A stretch of DNA of 64,000 nt from Thermoplasmatota archaeon (GTDB lineage: Archaea; Thermoplasmatota; E2; JACPAO01; JAHFTW01), in the NCBI GenBank assembly GCA_041601615.1, contig JBFIHX010000007.1, positions 32,001-96,000 of the forward strand, in the 5' to 3' direction. Positions 38,839 to 48,749 of this stretch are shown piece after piece. Below the pieces are notes generated by a model. The model saw only the letters and a list, made by a program, of their open reading frames with translations. It was not told the DNA's origin and did not search any database. The translations under genes and the position numbers were made by a program. Numbering within the stretch: the stretch's first letter is position 1; the number at the start of each line of letters is the position of its first letter.

Positions 38839-39192
38839 TCATTCCACCCAAGGCGCCCCCTGCACCGTGCTCGGGGCGTTTCCGTGCAGCCACGCCGACG
38901 GAAACACCACTTGCAAGGAGCCACCCCACAATCGACCCATTTCGTGGCGAAGCAGCGGGTATGTCCTTCGCATCCCTTCATCCAATTCTTCCACCGCATC
39001 CCCCACTGCAGCTACAAAGGGTCCGGGGTCTTCGTCGGCGTCCACCAGGAATCCGCCACCCACTCGAAGCACCCGCAACCCGGGTACGCCGCCGAGACTG
39101 TGCACAAGGTCACGCTCCAATCGACGCCCAAGATCTCCTGAAAGCCACGCGGCGTAGCGCATCGGGATGAGAATTCGACTTCGCTGCTCCAT
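38839..39192 (-). CDS. Hypothetical protein
   Basis: Fills the gap co-directionally; no recognised motif. Confidence 0.4.
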   Translation of the reverse strand: MEQRSRILIPMRYAAWLSGDLGRRLERDLVHSLGGVPGLRVLRVGGGFLVDADEDPGPFVAAVGDAVEELDEGMRRTYPLLRHEMGRLWGGSLQVVFPSAWLHGNAPSTVQGAPWVE

Positions 39193-39540
39193 GTGGGTAC
39201 GATTGCTCGGCCGTGCATGAGGGCTACCCATAGAAGGCAGAAACAGCCCGCTTCTTGGCCTGTGCCGCACACAACAAGGCCTGCGTAACACACATGTTGG
39301 TGCCCAACCGCATTCATTCATGCATTAATGATCAATAAACTGCCAAACTGAGCAAGTATGGGTTTTTCCGGGCAATTTTGGCAAATCCGCAAGGACCGCT
39401 CCGAGGAACCGCTGCACAAGCGCACAATCTAGCGGCCCGTTGCACCCCTCCAAAATAGCCACCCGTCCCCCCTGCCCACGCCATCATGCTTGTGCGGACC
39501 GACAACAACCGTTTTGTCGTCGGCCGTTGCTCGACCGCCT

Positions 39541-40458
39541 ATGCGAACGATCCTCTTGACCATCCTGAGCCTCTTCATGGTCACCCTTGCCGGTTGTGCC
39601 CAGAGCAGCGACGGCGGCGTGGACGAGAAAAAATTGGACAAAATCCAAGTCACCGACACTACAGGCGGAATCCGCGGGGTCGTGGTGGACACCAGCATCA
39701 CCCCCGTGGCCGACGCCCGCGTGCTGCTCAACACAGGCGCGGAAACAGCGACCGACGCTAGCGGCGTCTTCACATTCACGGGACTAGAACCGGGAACCTA
39801 CTTTGTCACTGCGGAGAAACTCCTGTACGAAGGCGCCCAAGCGAGCACCCTCGTACAAGCAGGCGTGGACGAACCCCCCGTGCTCACCATCCAGATTGCA
39901 CGGCTCGCCGGCGTCGTCCCCTTCGTAGAAGTCAACCAATTCGACGGCTTCTATGACTGCGCCTTTGCCGGCCCCGGCATCACCGACAGCTGCGACATGG
40001 CCACCCGAACGGTCCACGACGCAGGCGTCGAACCCGTCCCCCGCAGTCTCCAAAACAACGTCAACACCGGCTTCATCACCGTAAGCCCCCAGGTCCAGAC
40101 CATCATCCAAGAAGGATTCTACGACGACTCCGTCACGAGCCGTTTCTGGACCATGGTCAGCAGCACCCCAATCGACAACGGTTGCGACTGCAGCGACATC
40201 GACTACATCGACAACATCGGCGATGACGGCACCACCTACGGCCGTGGCGACCGCTCGACCGGTGAACCCTTCCCCGCTACCAACGGCGAGGAAGAAGTAG
40301 CCGTGCGCGGCTTCATCCCGTGGTTTGGCTTCGCCGACCCCGGAGTAGACTACGCACTCGGCCTCGAATTCCAGATCTTCACGACCCTGTTCTACAACTT
40401 TGAAGCACAGGACGGCTGGAACATCCAAGCCCGCGAAGACTACCCGCTCCCAAGCTGA
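39541..40458 (+). CDS. Carboxypeptidase-regulatory-like domain lipoprotein
   Basis: LAGC; GGIRGVVVD..PVADA..TDASG..LEPGTY. Confidence 0.8.
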   Translation: MRTILLTILSLFMVTLAGCAQSSDGGVDEKKLDKIQVTDTTGGIRGVVVDTSITPVADARVLLNTGAETATDASGVFTFTGLEPGTYFVTAEKLLYEGAQASTLVQAGVDEPPVLTIQIARLAGVVPFVEVNQFDGFYDCAFAGPGITDSCDMATRTVHDAGVEPVPRSLQNNVNTGFITVSPQVQTIIQEGFYDDSVTSRFWTMVSSTPIDNGCDCSDIDYIDNIGDDGTTYGRGDRSTGEPFPATNGEEEVAVRGFIPWFGFADPGVDYALGLEFQIFTTLFYNFEAQDGWNIQAREDYPLPS

Positions 40459-40544
40459 TTGGACCCATTCGTCGGCACCACCCAAGCAATCTTCCATCAA
40501 AGCCACAACAAGGGCTAAGAACGAGCCCGTGCGGTCCTGAGCCC

Positions 40545-41534
40545 ATGCGCACGTGGGTCATCTGCGGACTCTTCCTTTTGACAGCCCTGGCCGGATGCTC
40601 CGACGCTCCTCCGGCCACCGACAAGGAAGACGACGGGTTCAAGGACATCGACTACAAAGTGGACGACCAAACCGGCGCCATTCTCGGCATCGTCGTCAAC
40701 GAAGTCATCGAACCGGTCTCCGGCGCCACGATCACCCTGCAAGACGGCACCGGCCGTTCCACCCAAACCGATGCGCAGGGCCGCTTTGTCCTGGACGAAC
40801 TCGACGAAGGAAGTTACTTTTTGAGCGCGAGCAAACCGGGCCACACCGAGAGCCAATTCAGCGCCCAAGTCGCCCCCGGCTCCGCCAACCCTGCCATCAT
40901 CAAGGTTCAACTTCCCCGGCTCTTCGAGGCAGACCCCTTCATGCAAGCCTTCAGTTTCGAGGGCTTCTTTACATGCAGCCAAAACGGAGTCATTCCGCTC
41001 TGGAGCAGCAGCCCGTGCGTCTTCGACCACACCAAGCACAGCTTGATTCCCGCCCCCGCAAACGGCATCCTCCCGATGCTGGACAACGCCACCCCGCAAA
41101 TCCGTGATTTCCACGCAGACGTGGGCGCCGGTTGGCAGAGCATGATCTGGGAGATGACCTGGGAAGCCAGCGCCCAAGGAACCAGCGAAAACATGGGCAT
41201 CGTGGTCAGCACCTACAAACCCGAACGTTGCACCTGCCACTCCTTTGCCAACTACGGCAGCGCAAACCCACTGCGCTTGCAAATGGACGTGGGCGCCCCG
41301 CACGAGACCGCAGCGGCAGCCGAACCCACCGCGATTCCCCCGGAAGGCATCGAGCAAATGAGCTTCTTTACCTCCGTGCGCGCCCCCGACGGCAACATCA
41401 ACACCGGGCTAGGCCCCCGCGCCCCGCCTGGACTTGCCGTGGACCAAGATTTCACGATCTTCTACCACCAGTTCTACTACGCGGCGCCGCCGGAAGGATG
41501 GTCGTTCCTGAACGGCGACGGAAACCCGTTCTAG
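40545..41534 (+). CDS. Carboxypeptidase-regulatory-like domain lipoprotein (paralog of previous gene)
   Basis: LAGC; GAILGIVV..PVSGA..TDAQG; shared F.GF..C, CxC and FY...P/Q.GW. Confidence 0.8.
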   Translation: MRTWVICGLFLLTALAGCSDAPPATDKEDDGFKDIDYKVDDQTGAILGIVVNEVIEPVSGATITLQDGTGRSTQTDAQGRFVLDELDEGSYFLSASKPGHTESQFSAQVAPGSANPAIIKVQLPRLFEADPFMQAFSFEGFFTCSQNGVIPLWSSSPCVFDHTKHSLIPAPANGILPMLDNATPQIRDFHADVGAGWQSMIWEMTWEASAQGTSENMGIVVSTYKPERCTCHSFANYGSANPLRLQMDVGAPHETAAAAEPTAIPPEGIEQMSFFTSVRAPDGNINTGLGPRAPPGLAVDQDFTIFYHQFYYAAPPEGWSFLNGDGNPF

Positions 41535-41585
41535 TCCTCGATTCGCACCCGACCATTTTTCCATTCCTCTCGTCTCGGCGCCCTC

Positions 41586-42716
41586 GTGCAGGAGGAGTCG
41601 TGGCCACTCGACCGAGTCCAAGCGGGGCTCCAGTCGGCCCGCGCCAAGGACGCATCGTTTGCGTCAGGAACCATCCTCGGCTCCATGTGCACCGCCCCGC
41701 ACGAGGCCGCTTCCTGGGCGTTCTCTTCGTTCTTGGAAACAAACCTTGGAGATCCGGACCACTGCACCGGCACCGCCGAGCTGGAACGAGAAGTCCTTGC
41801 AGATTTTCGCGCACTTGTCTCTGCGAGCCCCGCCGCTGGCGCCAGACTCCTGACGGGCGGCAACGAGGCAAATTTGCTTGCGTGCTACCTGGCCCGTGAA
41901 AAAACCGGCAACCGCCGCATCGTGGTCCCGGACTCCTGCCATTTCAGCTTTGAAAAAGCGGCACGCATGCTGAACATGGAACTGGTGCGCGTGCCGACCG
42001 TAGGCCACCGCGCCGACCCCGATGCCATGGCGGCGGCCGTGGACCACGATACCGCCCTCGTGGTGGCCATCGCAGGCACGACGGAGTTGGGCCTCGTAGA
42101 TCCGATTCCGAAACTGGCCGCAGAGGCAGATGACGCCGGCGCCTTGCTGCACGTGGACGCAGCTTGGGGCGGCTACGTGTTGCCCTTTTTGGCAGCGGCT
42201 GGCGAACCGGAGAAGCCGTTTGGCCTAGATGTGCCAGGAGTATGGTCCGTCGGCCTTGACCCGCACAAAATGGGCATGGCAGCAATCCCGGCCGGTGCGC
42301 TCGTAGTGGCCGACGAACAGGATTGGCAGCGCGTGGCCGTGGAAACCAGCTACGTCAGCACCAACGGCCAAAGCACCATCCTCGGCACCAGACCAGGGGC
42401 CGCCGCTGCATCCGTCTGGGCCGTGCACCGCGCCATGGGCACCTTGGGGTACGCAAAACTGGTACAGCGCTGCCTTGCCACCACTAGGCGCATTGCGACG
42501 CGCTTGCAAGCGCACGGAGCCGAACTCGTCGCCCAGCCCGAACTGAATCTTCTGACCTTCCGCTTCGGCGACCCGGCCCAAACGCACGAACGACTGGCGG
42601 CGGCCGGATTCCGCCTCAACATCGTTCCCCGCTTCGGTGCCATGCGCATCGTAGTCAATCCCCACGTAACCGACGAAGTCGCCGATCGATTCCTCGAAGC
42701 CTTTGAACGCTTGTAG
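41586..42716 (+). CDS. mfnA: L-tyrosine/L-aspartate decarboxylase
   Basis: ILGSMCT, NLGDP, HFSFEKA, AGTTELG, LHVDAA, DPHKMG. Confidence 0.9.
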   Translation: MQEESWPLDRVQAGLQSARAKDASFASGTILGSMCTAPHEAASWAFSSFLETNLGDPDHCTGTAELEREVLADFRALVSASPAAGARLLTGGNEANLLACYLAREKTGNRRIVVPDSCHFSFEKAARMLNMELVRVPTVGHRADPDAMAAAVDHDTALVVAIAGTTELGLVDPIPKLAAEADDAGALLHVDAAWGGYVLPFLAAAGEPEKPFGLDVPGVWSVGLDPHKMGMAAIPAGALVVADEQDWQRVAVETSYVSTNGQSTILGTRPGAAAASVWAVHRAMGTLGYAKLVQRCLATTRRIATRLQAHGAELVAQPELNLLTFRFGDPAQTHERLAAAGFRLNIVPRFGAMRIVVNPHVTDEVADRFLEAFERL

Positions 42717-42730
42717 CGTCACCGGCAATC

Positions 42731-43291
42731 GTGGACATCGACGAGAGCCTCCGCCAGGCGACCGTAATGGACCGGGGCGGCTACCCATACCTGATTCATC
42801 CGCTCACCGACGGAGTGCCCCGCTGCGACCCCAAATTGCTTCGAGAATGGGCAACCTGGGCCGCCGCGTCGCCCCTACTTGCGGACGCTACCGTGCTCCT
42901 CGCGCCGGAGGCGATGGCCATCCCACTCGCCGTGGCACTCAGCCTTGAAACTGGCCTTCCCGTGTTGACAGTGCGCAAACGGCGCTACGACTTGCCCGGA
43001 GAAGTGGTCGCCTACTGTGAAACCGGCTACGGCGAAGCCTGCCTGCACGTCAACGATGTGCACCCGGAGGACAAAATCGTCATCATCGACGATGTGCTCA
43101 GCACCGGCGGCACCCTCGACGCCCTTCTATTGACATTGTCGGAGATGAACGCCAACGTCCTCGGAGCCTTGGTGTTCCTGGACAAAGGCCGTGTGCGCGA
43201 CAAGCTCGCAGTCAAACACGCACTCCCCATCCACGTCATGCGCACCGTCCAAGTGGCCAGCGGAGTCGTCACACCGGGCCCCGGCGGATGA
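42731..43291 (+). CDS. hpt: Hypoxanthine/guanine phosphoribosyltransferase (archaeal type)
   Basis: YPYLIHPLTDGVP, EAMAIP, RKRRY.LPGE, IIDDVLSTGGT. Confidence 0.88.
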   Translation: MDIDESLRQATVMDRGGYPYLIHPLTDGVPRCDPKLLREWATWAAASPLLADATVLLAPEAMAIPLAVALSLETGLPVLTVRKRRYDLPGEVVAYCETGYGEACLHVNDVHPEDKIVIIDDVLSTGGTLDALLLTLSEMNANVLGALVFLDKGRVRDKLAVKHALPIHVMRTVQVASGVVTPGPGG

Positions 43292-43352
43292 ACAAGACCT
43301 GCCATGACCTACCGATGCACTGATTAGATTCCAACGCCACCAAGGTTGCGTC

Positions 43353-44051
43353 ATGGATCGGTACGCATTGCAAGCTCGAAGCCTTCGCAAGACCTACGGC
43401 TCCGGCCCCAACGCCGTCCATGCATTACGCGGCGTCGACTTGGACATAAGGCAAGGAGAATTCGTCAGCATCATGGGCCCCAGCGGCAGCGGCAAGTCCA
43501 CGCTCCTGCAAATGCTCGGCCTCCTGGACGGCCCCACCGGCGGCCGCATCCGCATCCAAAACCAAGAAGTGACCCACGCCGACGCTCGCCAACGCGCCCT
43601 GACCCGCCGCAGCACCATCGGCTTCGTCTTCCAATCCTTCCACTTGCTGGCACGCGCCACCGCCCTCCAGAACGTCATGCTCCCCATGGCCATATCGGGC
43701 GTCCCTCGCAACCAGCGCCGCAGCCGAGCCCTTCGCACCCTAGATGCCGTGGGATTGCTCGACCGCGCCGATCACCGCAGCACCGAAATGAGCGGCGGCC
43801 AAAAGCAACGCGTCGCCATCGCCCGCGCCCTCGCCCTCAATCCACCCATCCTACTTGCCGATGAAGCCACCGGCAACCTCGACAGCGTCACGAGCAAGGA
43901 AATCATGGGGCTGTTTCAGCGCCTCAACCAATCCGGCCGCACCATTGTCCAAGTCACCCACGACCGAAAGATGGCCGAATACGCCGACCGCATCTTCCAC
44001 GTCGAAGACGGCCTCATACGCGAAACCGAGACTGTGCGGAGGCGCGCATGA
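43353..44051 (+). CDS. ABC transporter ATP-binding protein (MacB/LolD type)
   Basis: [34 protein letters not shown]. Confidence 0.95.
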   Translation: MDRYALQARSLRKTYGSGPNAVHALRGVDLDIRQGEFVSIMGPSGSGKSTLLQMLGLLDGPTGGRIRIQNQEVTHADARQRALTRRSTIGFVFQSFHLLARATALQNVMLPMAISGVPRNQRRSRALRTLDAVGLLDRADHRSTEMSGGQKQRVAIARALALNPPILLADEATGNLDSVTSKEIMGLFQRLNQSGRTIVQVTHDRKMAEYADRIFHVEDGLIRETETVRRRA

Positions 44052-45328
44052 GATCCGGCGAATCCACGCGCATGGCGATGCAGAACCTCTGGGGGCACAA
44101 AATGCGCAGCCTCCTCACCATCATCGGAGTGCTCATCGGTATCGGCAGCGTCATCGCCATCGTCACCCTCAGCGCCGCATTCGAAAACAGCATCACAAGC
44201 CAATTCGACGAAATCGACGACCGCAGCATCTTCGTCACCGCCGCATCCACCGACAACCAAAACGGTCCCCCCGACGCTGGCCAATTCGGTACCGTGTTCA
44301 CCGAGGTGGACCGCCAAGCACTACTGAACATCGACGGCGTAGAACGGGTCATCGCCAGCGGCAACGTCGTTGTCACCACCCTCAAAACCGACGCCCGCGC
44401 CTTGCCGTTCCAAGCCCTCACCGCAACCAACAGCGACGCAGACGAGGTACGCAACCAAGACCTGTACTTCGCAGGCGGCCCCTTCACCGACGGCGCCACC
44501 GAGATCGTCCTCGGCTGGAATCTGGCACTCGCCCTCGGCGGCGACACGCCACCCGTCACGGAACCGAGCCTCCAAGTGGGCGACACGGTGGCCATAACTC
44601 TCCAAGACAACAGCACCCGCAACGTCACTGTCGCCGGCATTCTGGTGTTCCAAGAATCCCTGTTCGGCTCCGGAAACGGGGCAGCCCATGTGCCACTCGA
44701 CCCCTTCTACACGACATTTCGAGAAAGCCCCACCACGGGTGTGAGCGTGCGCGTCTACGACGGCTTCACCGTGGTTGCTGAGCGCGGCACCGACATCGAC
44801 CTCGTGCGCGACGCAGTCAGCGCCTACATGATGGACGAAAGCGACGCATCGACCTTGCTTACAGGCCTCGACGTCACCATCCTCGTGGCGACCGCCAGCG
44901 ACATCACCAAACAAATCGGCGCCGCATTCGACCAAGTCACCATCTTCGTCGCTGGCATCGCAGGCGTCAGCCTCCTTGTAGGCGGCATCATGATTGCCAC
45001 CATCCAACTCATCAGCGTCACCGAGCGCACCAAAGAAATCGGGCTCATGAAGGCCATCGGGGCTCTAGACGGAGACGTACTTCGGTTGTTTCTGGTCGAA
45101 TCCATGATCATAGGACTCGTGGGCAGCATCGCCGGCATCGGCGTGGGGCTGGGCGCGGGTGCCGCCATGGTCGCAGCATTCTTCGGCGACGACGTCGCTT
45201 TCGTAGTGCCCTACCAATGGATCGGCATCGCCGTGGGCGTAGGGGTCTTAACCGGAATCATCGCAGGATACCTACCCGCCCGGCGAGCAACCAAAATCCA
45301 ACCCGTCGAGGCACTCAACTACGAATAA
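44048..45328 (+). CDS. ABC transporter permease (MacB/FtsX type)
   Basis: RSLLTIIGVLIG, SVTERTKEIG, PARRATKIQPVEAL. Confidence 0.95.
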   Translation: MRSGESTRMAMQNLWGHKMRSLLTIIGVLIGIGSVIAIVTLSAAFENSITSQFDEIDDRSIFVTAASTDNQNGPPDAGQFGTVFTEVDRQALLNIDGVERVIASGNVVVTTLKTDARALPFQALTATNSDADEVRNQDLYFAGGPFTDGATEIVLGWNLALALGGDTPPVTEPSLQVGDTVAITLQDNSTRNVTVAGILVFQESLFGSGNGAAHVPLDPFYTTFRESPTTGVSVRVYDGFTVVAERGTDIDLVRDAVSAYMMDESDASTLLTGLDVTILVATASDITKQIGAAFDQVTIFVAGIAGVSLLVGGIMIATIQLISVTERTKEIGLMKAIGALDGDVLRLFLVESMIIGLVGSIAGIGVGLGAGAAMVAAFFGDDVAFVVPYQWIGIAVGVGVLTGIIAGYLPARRATKIQPVEALNYE

Positions 45329-45552
45329 TCAGGCGCCCGTATCCCGCCCGCACCCGCCCCCACCCTCCGGCAGCTGCCCCCGTACCCAACCCAGCAACCA
45401 ATCCCACTACGCCCCTGCCTGAAGCTCAATGCACCCGAACGCCACGAGATCACGGCGCCAAACAATGCACATCGGACGCGAACGGCCGGATGCAGCTAGA
45501 TAGGAATGGTCCACAGGCATACCATGAAAAAATGGAGACGAATCATAACGCG

Positions 45553-45744
45553 ATGCGAACCATCGTCATCGCCTTGATCGTCGGCCTCGCCTTTGCAGGC
45601 GCCATCGCCCCCGCTGCCAGCGCAGCCTCGCTGGACACCCCTATGGAGGAACGCGCAGAATGCCACGTGGTCTGGGGAGACCTTCTCCTAGACCTTGGCG
45701 GCGTCAAAGTCTACCGCCCCAAGACCGTCGTGTGCAACCTCTAG
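45553..45744 (+). CDS. Small secreted peptide (63 aa, 2 Cys)
   Basis: MRTIVIALIVGLAFAGAIAPAASA signal peptide; C...C near the C-terminus. Confidence 0.65.
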   Translation: MRTIVIALIVGLAFAGAIAPAASAASLDTPMEERAECHVVWGDLLLDLGGVKVYRPKTVVCNL

Positions 45745-45858
45745 CACATAGCACCCTCCAGCAGCGGCCTCTTCCCTCTGCTCCCCTTCCCCATCCCCCC
45801 ATCCCTTTCCCCCACCCGCAATCCCTGGGCAATGTGGAACACCGAATCGTTCCACCCA

Positions 45859-46437
45859 TCATGCTTCCTGAAGCCGCTTTGCAACCACAGCACACGATCC
45901 GACCTCGGCCACCGGAGCCGGCTCCGCCGAACTCGAATCAGACGGATGCGCCAACAACTCCCGAAGCAATCCCTCCAACGCAACCGTAGGATGATACACC
46001 CGGGCACGCGACTCCTGCGTCTCCACCACGAGCCCCGCAGCCACCAAATCATCCACGTACGAACGCAACACCTTCCTCGTCAAATTCAACCCCTCCGTCA
46101 ATTCCCGTTGCTTGCGGCCAGGCGCCCGAGCAATCGCATCCACCAAATCTTGCACCCGACCCCGCCGCAACAACGCCAACCCCCGGCGACGCGCAGGCGA
46201 CACCGTATCCGTGAAAAATCGACGACTGCGACCCACCGGTTCGCTGCGCAACCGACCCCGGCGCTCCAGCGCACGCGTATGGTGCTGAATCGTTCCCCAA
46301 GAACACCCCACCGCATCCCGCAACGAAGTCAACGTAATGCCCGGATGCGCCTCCACAATCGCCATGAGCTTGATGCGGGTCGGATGCCGAAGCGCCTCAC
46401 CCCGAGCCTGAGCAAACAACAGAAGCCAGTCAAACAC
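45859..46437 (-). CDS. Double winged-helix regulator (COG3398-like)
   Basis: LRHPTR..IVEAHPGI..WGTIQHH..LE; second HTH PGRKQREL; GTG start overlaps upstream stop. Confidence 0.8.
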   Translation of the reverse strand: MFDWLLLFAQARGEALRHPTRIKLMAIVEAHPGITLTSLRDAVGCSWGTIQHHTRALERRGRLRSEPVGRSRRFFTDTVSPARRRGLALLRRGRVQDLVDAIARAPGRKQRELTEGLNLTRKVLRSYVDDLVAAGLVVETQESRARVYHPTVALEGLLRELLAHPSDSSSAEPAPVAEVGSCAVVAKRLQEA

Positions 46438-47896
46438 CCTCGGCGCCCCCCCGCAGCACGCTGCGCAACGACGCATCCTGACCCAAGGCAGCCTGCACAA
46501 CACCCGCCGCAGAACCGACCCCCTCGACCTCCAAGATCCCAAGCCCCAGCGCCAACGTCACCGCACCTGTTGCGTCGCCATGCTCCGAAATCCAAACTCG
46601 CAACCATCGAACCGCCTCCTCATGCCGACCCAACCGATACAACCCCACCGCATGCAGCACCGCCGCATCCGAGTCTCCCGGATTGTGCACCAAGGCGCGG
46701 CGGGCCCACCGATCGGCCCGACCCACTTTTCCCACTTCGAGCGCCCAATGCGACGCCATCACAAGCGTATCCGAATCAAGGCGACGCGACCGAATCCGCA
46801 CCACCAACCCCGCCAACACAGCCAACCCCAACGCAACACCCGACCCAATGCGCGACCAAGAACGCCCCTCCAGCGGTGGCCGAGAAGCAACAAAGGCGAG
46901 TTCTTGACCGCCAAGGGATGCACTGCGCACCTCCCGGGCCTCCAAATCCGCTCGAACGCCACGCGACTCCAGCAAAAGATCCGCCTCCCAGTACCCATCC
47001 AACGCCAACCGCGTGCCCTGGAAATCGCTGCGATTCACCCCCACAATGCTCCCGGATGCACCCGAAAAAACCGCCGCGCCATCCGCGACCAATGTCCCCG
47101 AGTGAGCCCGCACCTGGAAGTCATACCCGTTTGGATGATAGGCAAGCGCTCCGTCGTGCACCACGATGTCGATACGCCGCAATTCGCCCTCCATGTAGAC
47201 CGGCTCGCCCGTTGCAGGAGTTTGGTTCGAGCGAATGTCTCCCGTGCGGTACGTCGTGGAGCCATCATCCGCCTCCAGATGCACATCAAACTCATAGAAT
47301 GTCAAGACGAAATCACCACGCAACCAAGCAATTGCATCGGCCGATGGAGACACCAAGAGATTGGGCCAAGGGCCGTGCCGGCTAGGCTCCCAGCCCGAGT
47401 CCTCGTCCGTCGCCCACTGAAAATCAAGTCTGTCTCGAGGCTCCACGCGCGCCGCGCCAACCTTCACATCAAATGTGGACGGCCGGCCCGGACCCGCGGG
47501 CCCCTCAGCTTGCAAAAAAGCACTTGGGCGAACATGGAAACTCGTGGCCGTGACGTTCTCATGCCGCACCGGCTCATCCGTGGATTCGTTGCCGTCCGGA
47601 AAAGTTGCCAAATTGGGCCGCACCGGCCCCGTAGTCGTCGCATACGGATTGCGATGCACCACCACATCCACGACCGGCGCATCCAAAACAAACACGGCCG
47701 CCCCCGCGTCGCTTCCCGGCTCCAGCACCCCAAAAAACATGGCCGGCCCTTCAAATTGCACCCCTTCCAAGGCGGCTTCGTCAAACAAAAACGAACCCGA
47801 CAACGGAACCGCTGCACCCGAGGCCCCCAAAGCACTCAAAGGCGCCAGCACCAGCACCAGCATCAGCACCAGAGCACAACGGGACCGCCTGCGCAT
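46430..47896 (-). CDS. Type I membrane protein: secreted beta-rich domain, TM, cytoplasmic TPR-like tail
   Basis: Signal peptide; TM followed by RIRSRR; 'ARRALVHNPGDSDA..LYRLGRHEEA'. Confidence 0.72.
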   Translation of the reverse strand: MRRRSRCALVLMLVLVLAPLSALGASGAAVPLSGSFLFDEAALEGVQFEGPAMFFGVLEPGSDAGAAVFVLDAPVVDVVVHRNPYATTTGPVRPNLATFPDGNESTDEPVRHENVTATSFHVRPSAFLQAEGPAGPGRPSTFDVKVGAARVEPRDRLDFQWATDEDSGWEPSRHGPWPNLLVSPSADAIAWLRGDFVLTFYEFDVHLEADDGSTTYRTGDIRSNQTPATGEPVYMEGELRRIDIVVHDGALAYHPNGYDFQVRAHSGTLVADGAAVFSGASGSIVGVNRSDFQGTRLALDGYWEADLLLESRGVRADLEAREVRSASLGGQELAFVASRPPLEGRSWSRIGSGVALGLAVLAGLVVRIRSRRLDSDTLVMASHWALEVGKVGRADRWARRALVHNPGDSDAAVLHAVGLYRLGRHEEAVRWLRVWISEHGDATGAVTLALGLGILEVEGVGSAAGVVQAALGQDASLRSVLRGGAEGV

Positions 47897-47899
47897 GCC

Positions 47900-48553
47900 C
47901 TAGGCCCCGTCCGATTCCGACTTGCGCGCCACGCTCAACACACATTCTAGGTACTCGTCGTTGACACGTGGCTGCACCCAATCAAGCGGCTCATTGCTCC
48001 AATCCACCCACATCAAAAAACAGTCATCCAACGGCCCCGGCAACACAATCCGATTGGAATGCGGACTCTCCGACGGCCCCTCCCCGGCAGAAAAACGCGC
48101 CGTCACACTGTACGTCAACAACATTGCATCCTGCTGCCAGGCCGTGCTATCCAAAAATCGCGGCTCCGACACCTCCGCAATCGCCACGGGCGCCGCATCA
48201 TCCACGGCCCGGTACACCACATACGAAATCGGAGAGCCAACCAAGGGCGCATGCCACCGAAGCACAGCACCATCCGGCAACGGCAAACCCAGCAAGCCGA
48301 CTGGAGCATAGTGCACATCCTCAACTCCAAGCGACAAGGACGGACGAACCTGATCCGGCACGGCTGCCAACGCCACACCCACGAACGACATGGAATTCAT
48401 ATCATAATCCACCGGCGTGTCCAAGAGATTTGGCCCAAGCATCCGCTCCACAGACTGAACCTCGGGAGAATCAAACAACTCGTCCAACAGCGCCGACGAC
48501 GAAGGAACAAGGCACAAGAGCGCCACCACAGCCACCACTCGAATCCAAGCCAT
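47900..48553 (-). CDS. Secreted protein with FnIII-like domain
   Basis: Signal peptide; 'LRWHAP..SYVVYR..FLD..YSVTA..GEGPS'. Confidence 0.7.
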   Translation of the reverse strand: MAWIRVVAVVALLCLVPSSSALLDELFDSPEVQSVERMLGPNLLDTPVDYDMNSMSFVGVALAAVPDQVRPSLSLGVEDVHYAPVGLLGLPLPDGAVLRWHAPLVGSPISYVVYRAVDDAAPVAIAEVSEPRFLDSTAWQQDAMLLTYSVTARFSAGEGPSESPHSNRIVLPGPLDDCFLMWVDWSNEPLDWVQPRVNDEYLECVLSVARKSESDGA

Positions 48554-48749
48554 ACCCCCAAAGAGCCCCCGCAACTTTGATGCATTTGTGGTCGAGAAGG
48601 GAACACAAACCCCGGGCCCCCTTCCCGAACCCGCCCCCGGCCCAGCCAACATCATCCAACCCACCCCAACTCCGCCCCAACCACCACAGCGACCCCCGCC
48701 CCCCGCCCGCGCCGCAAGGCTTACACCCTCGCGCCCCCAGCCGCCGCCC

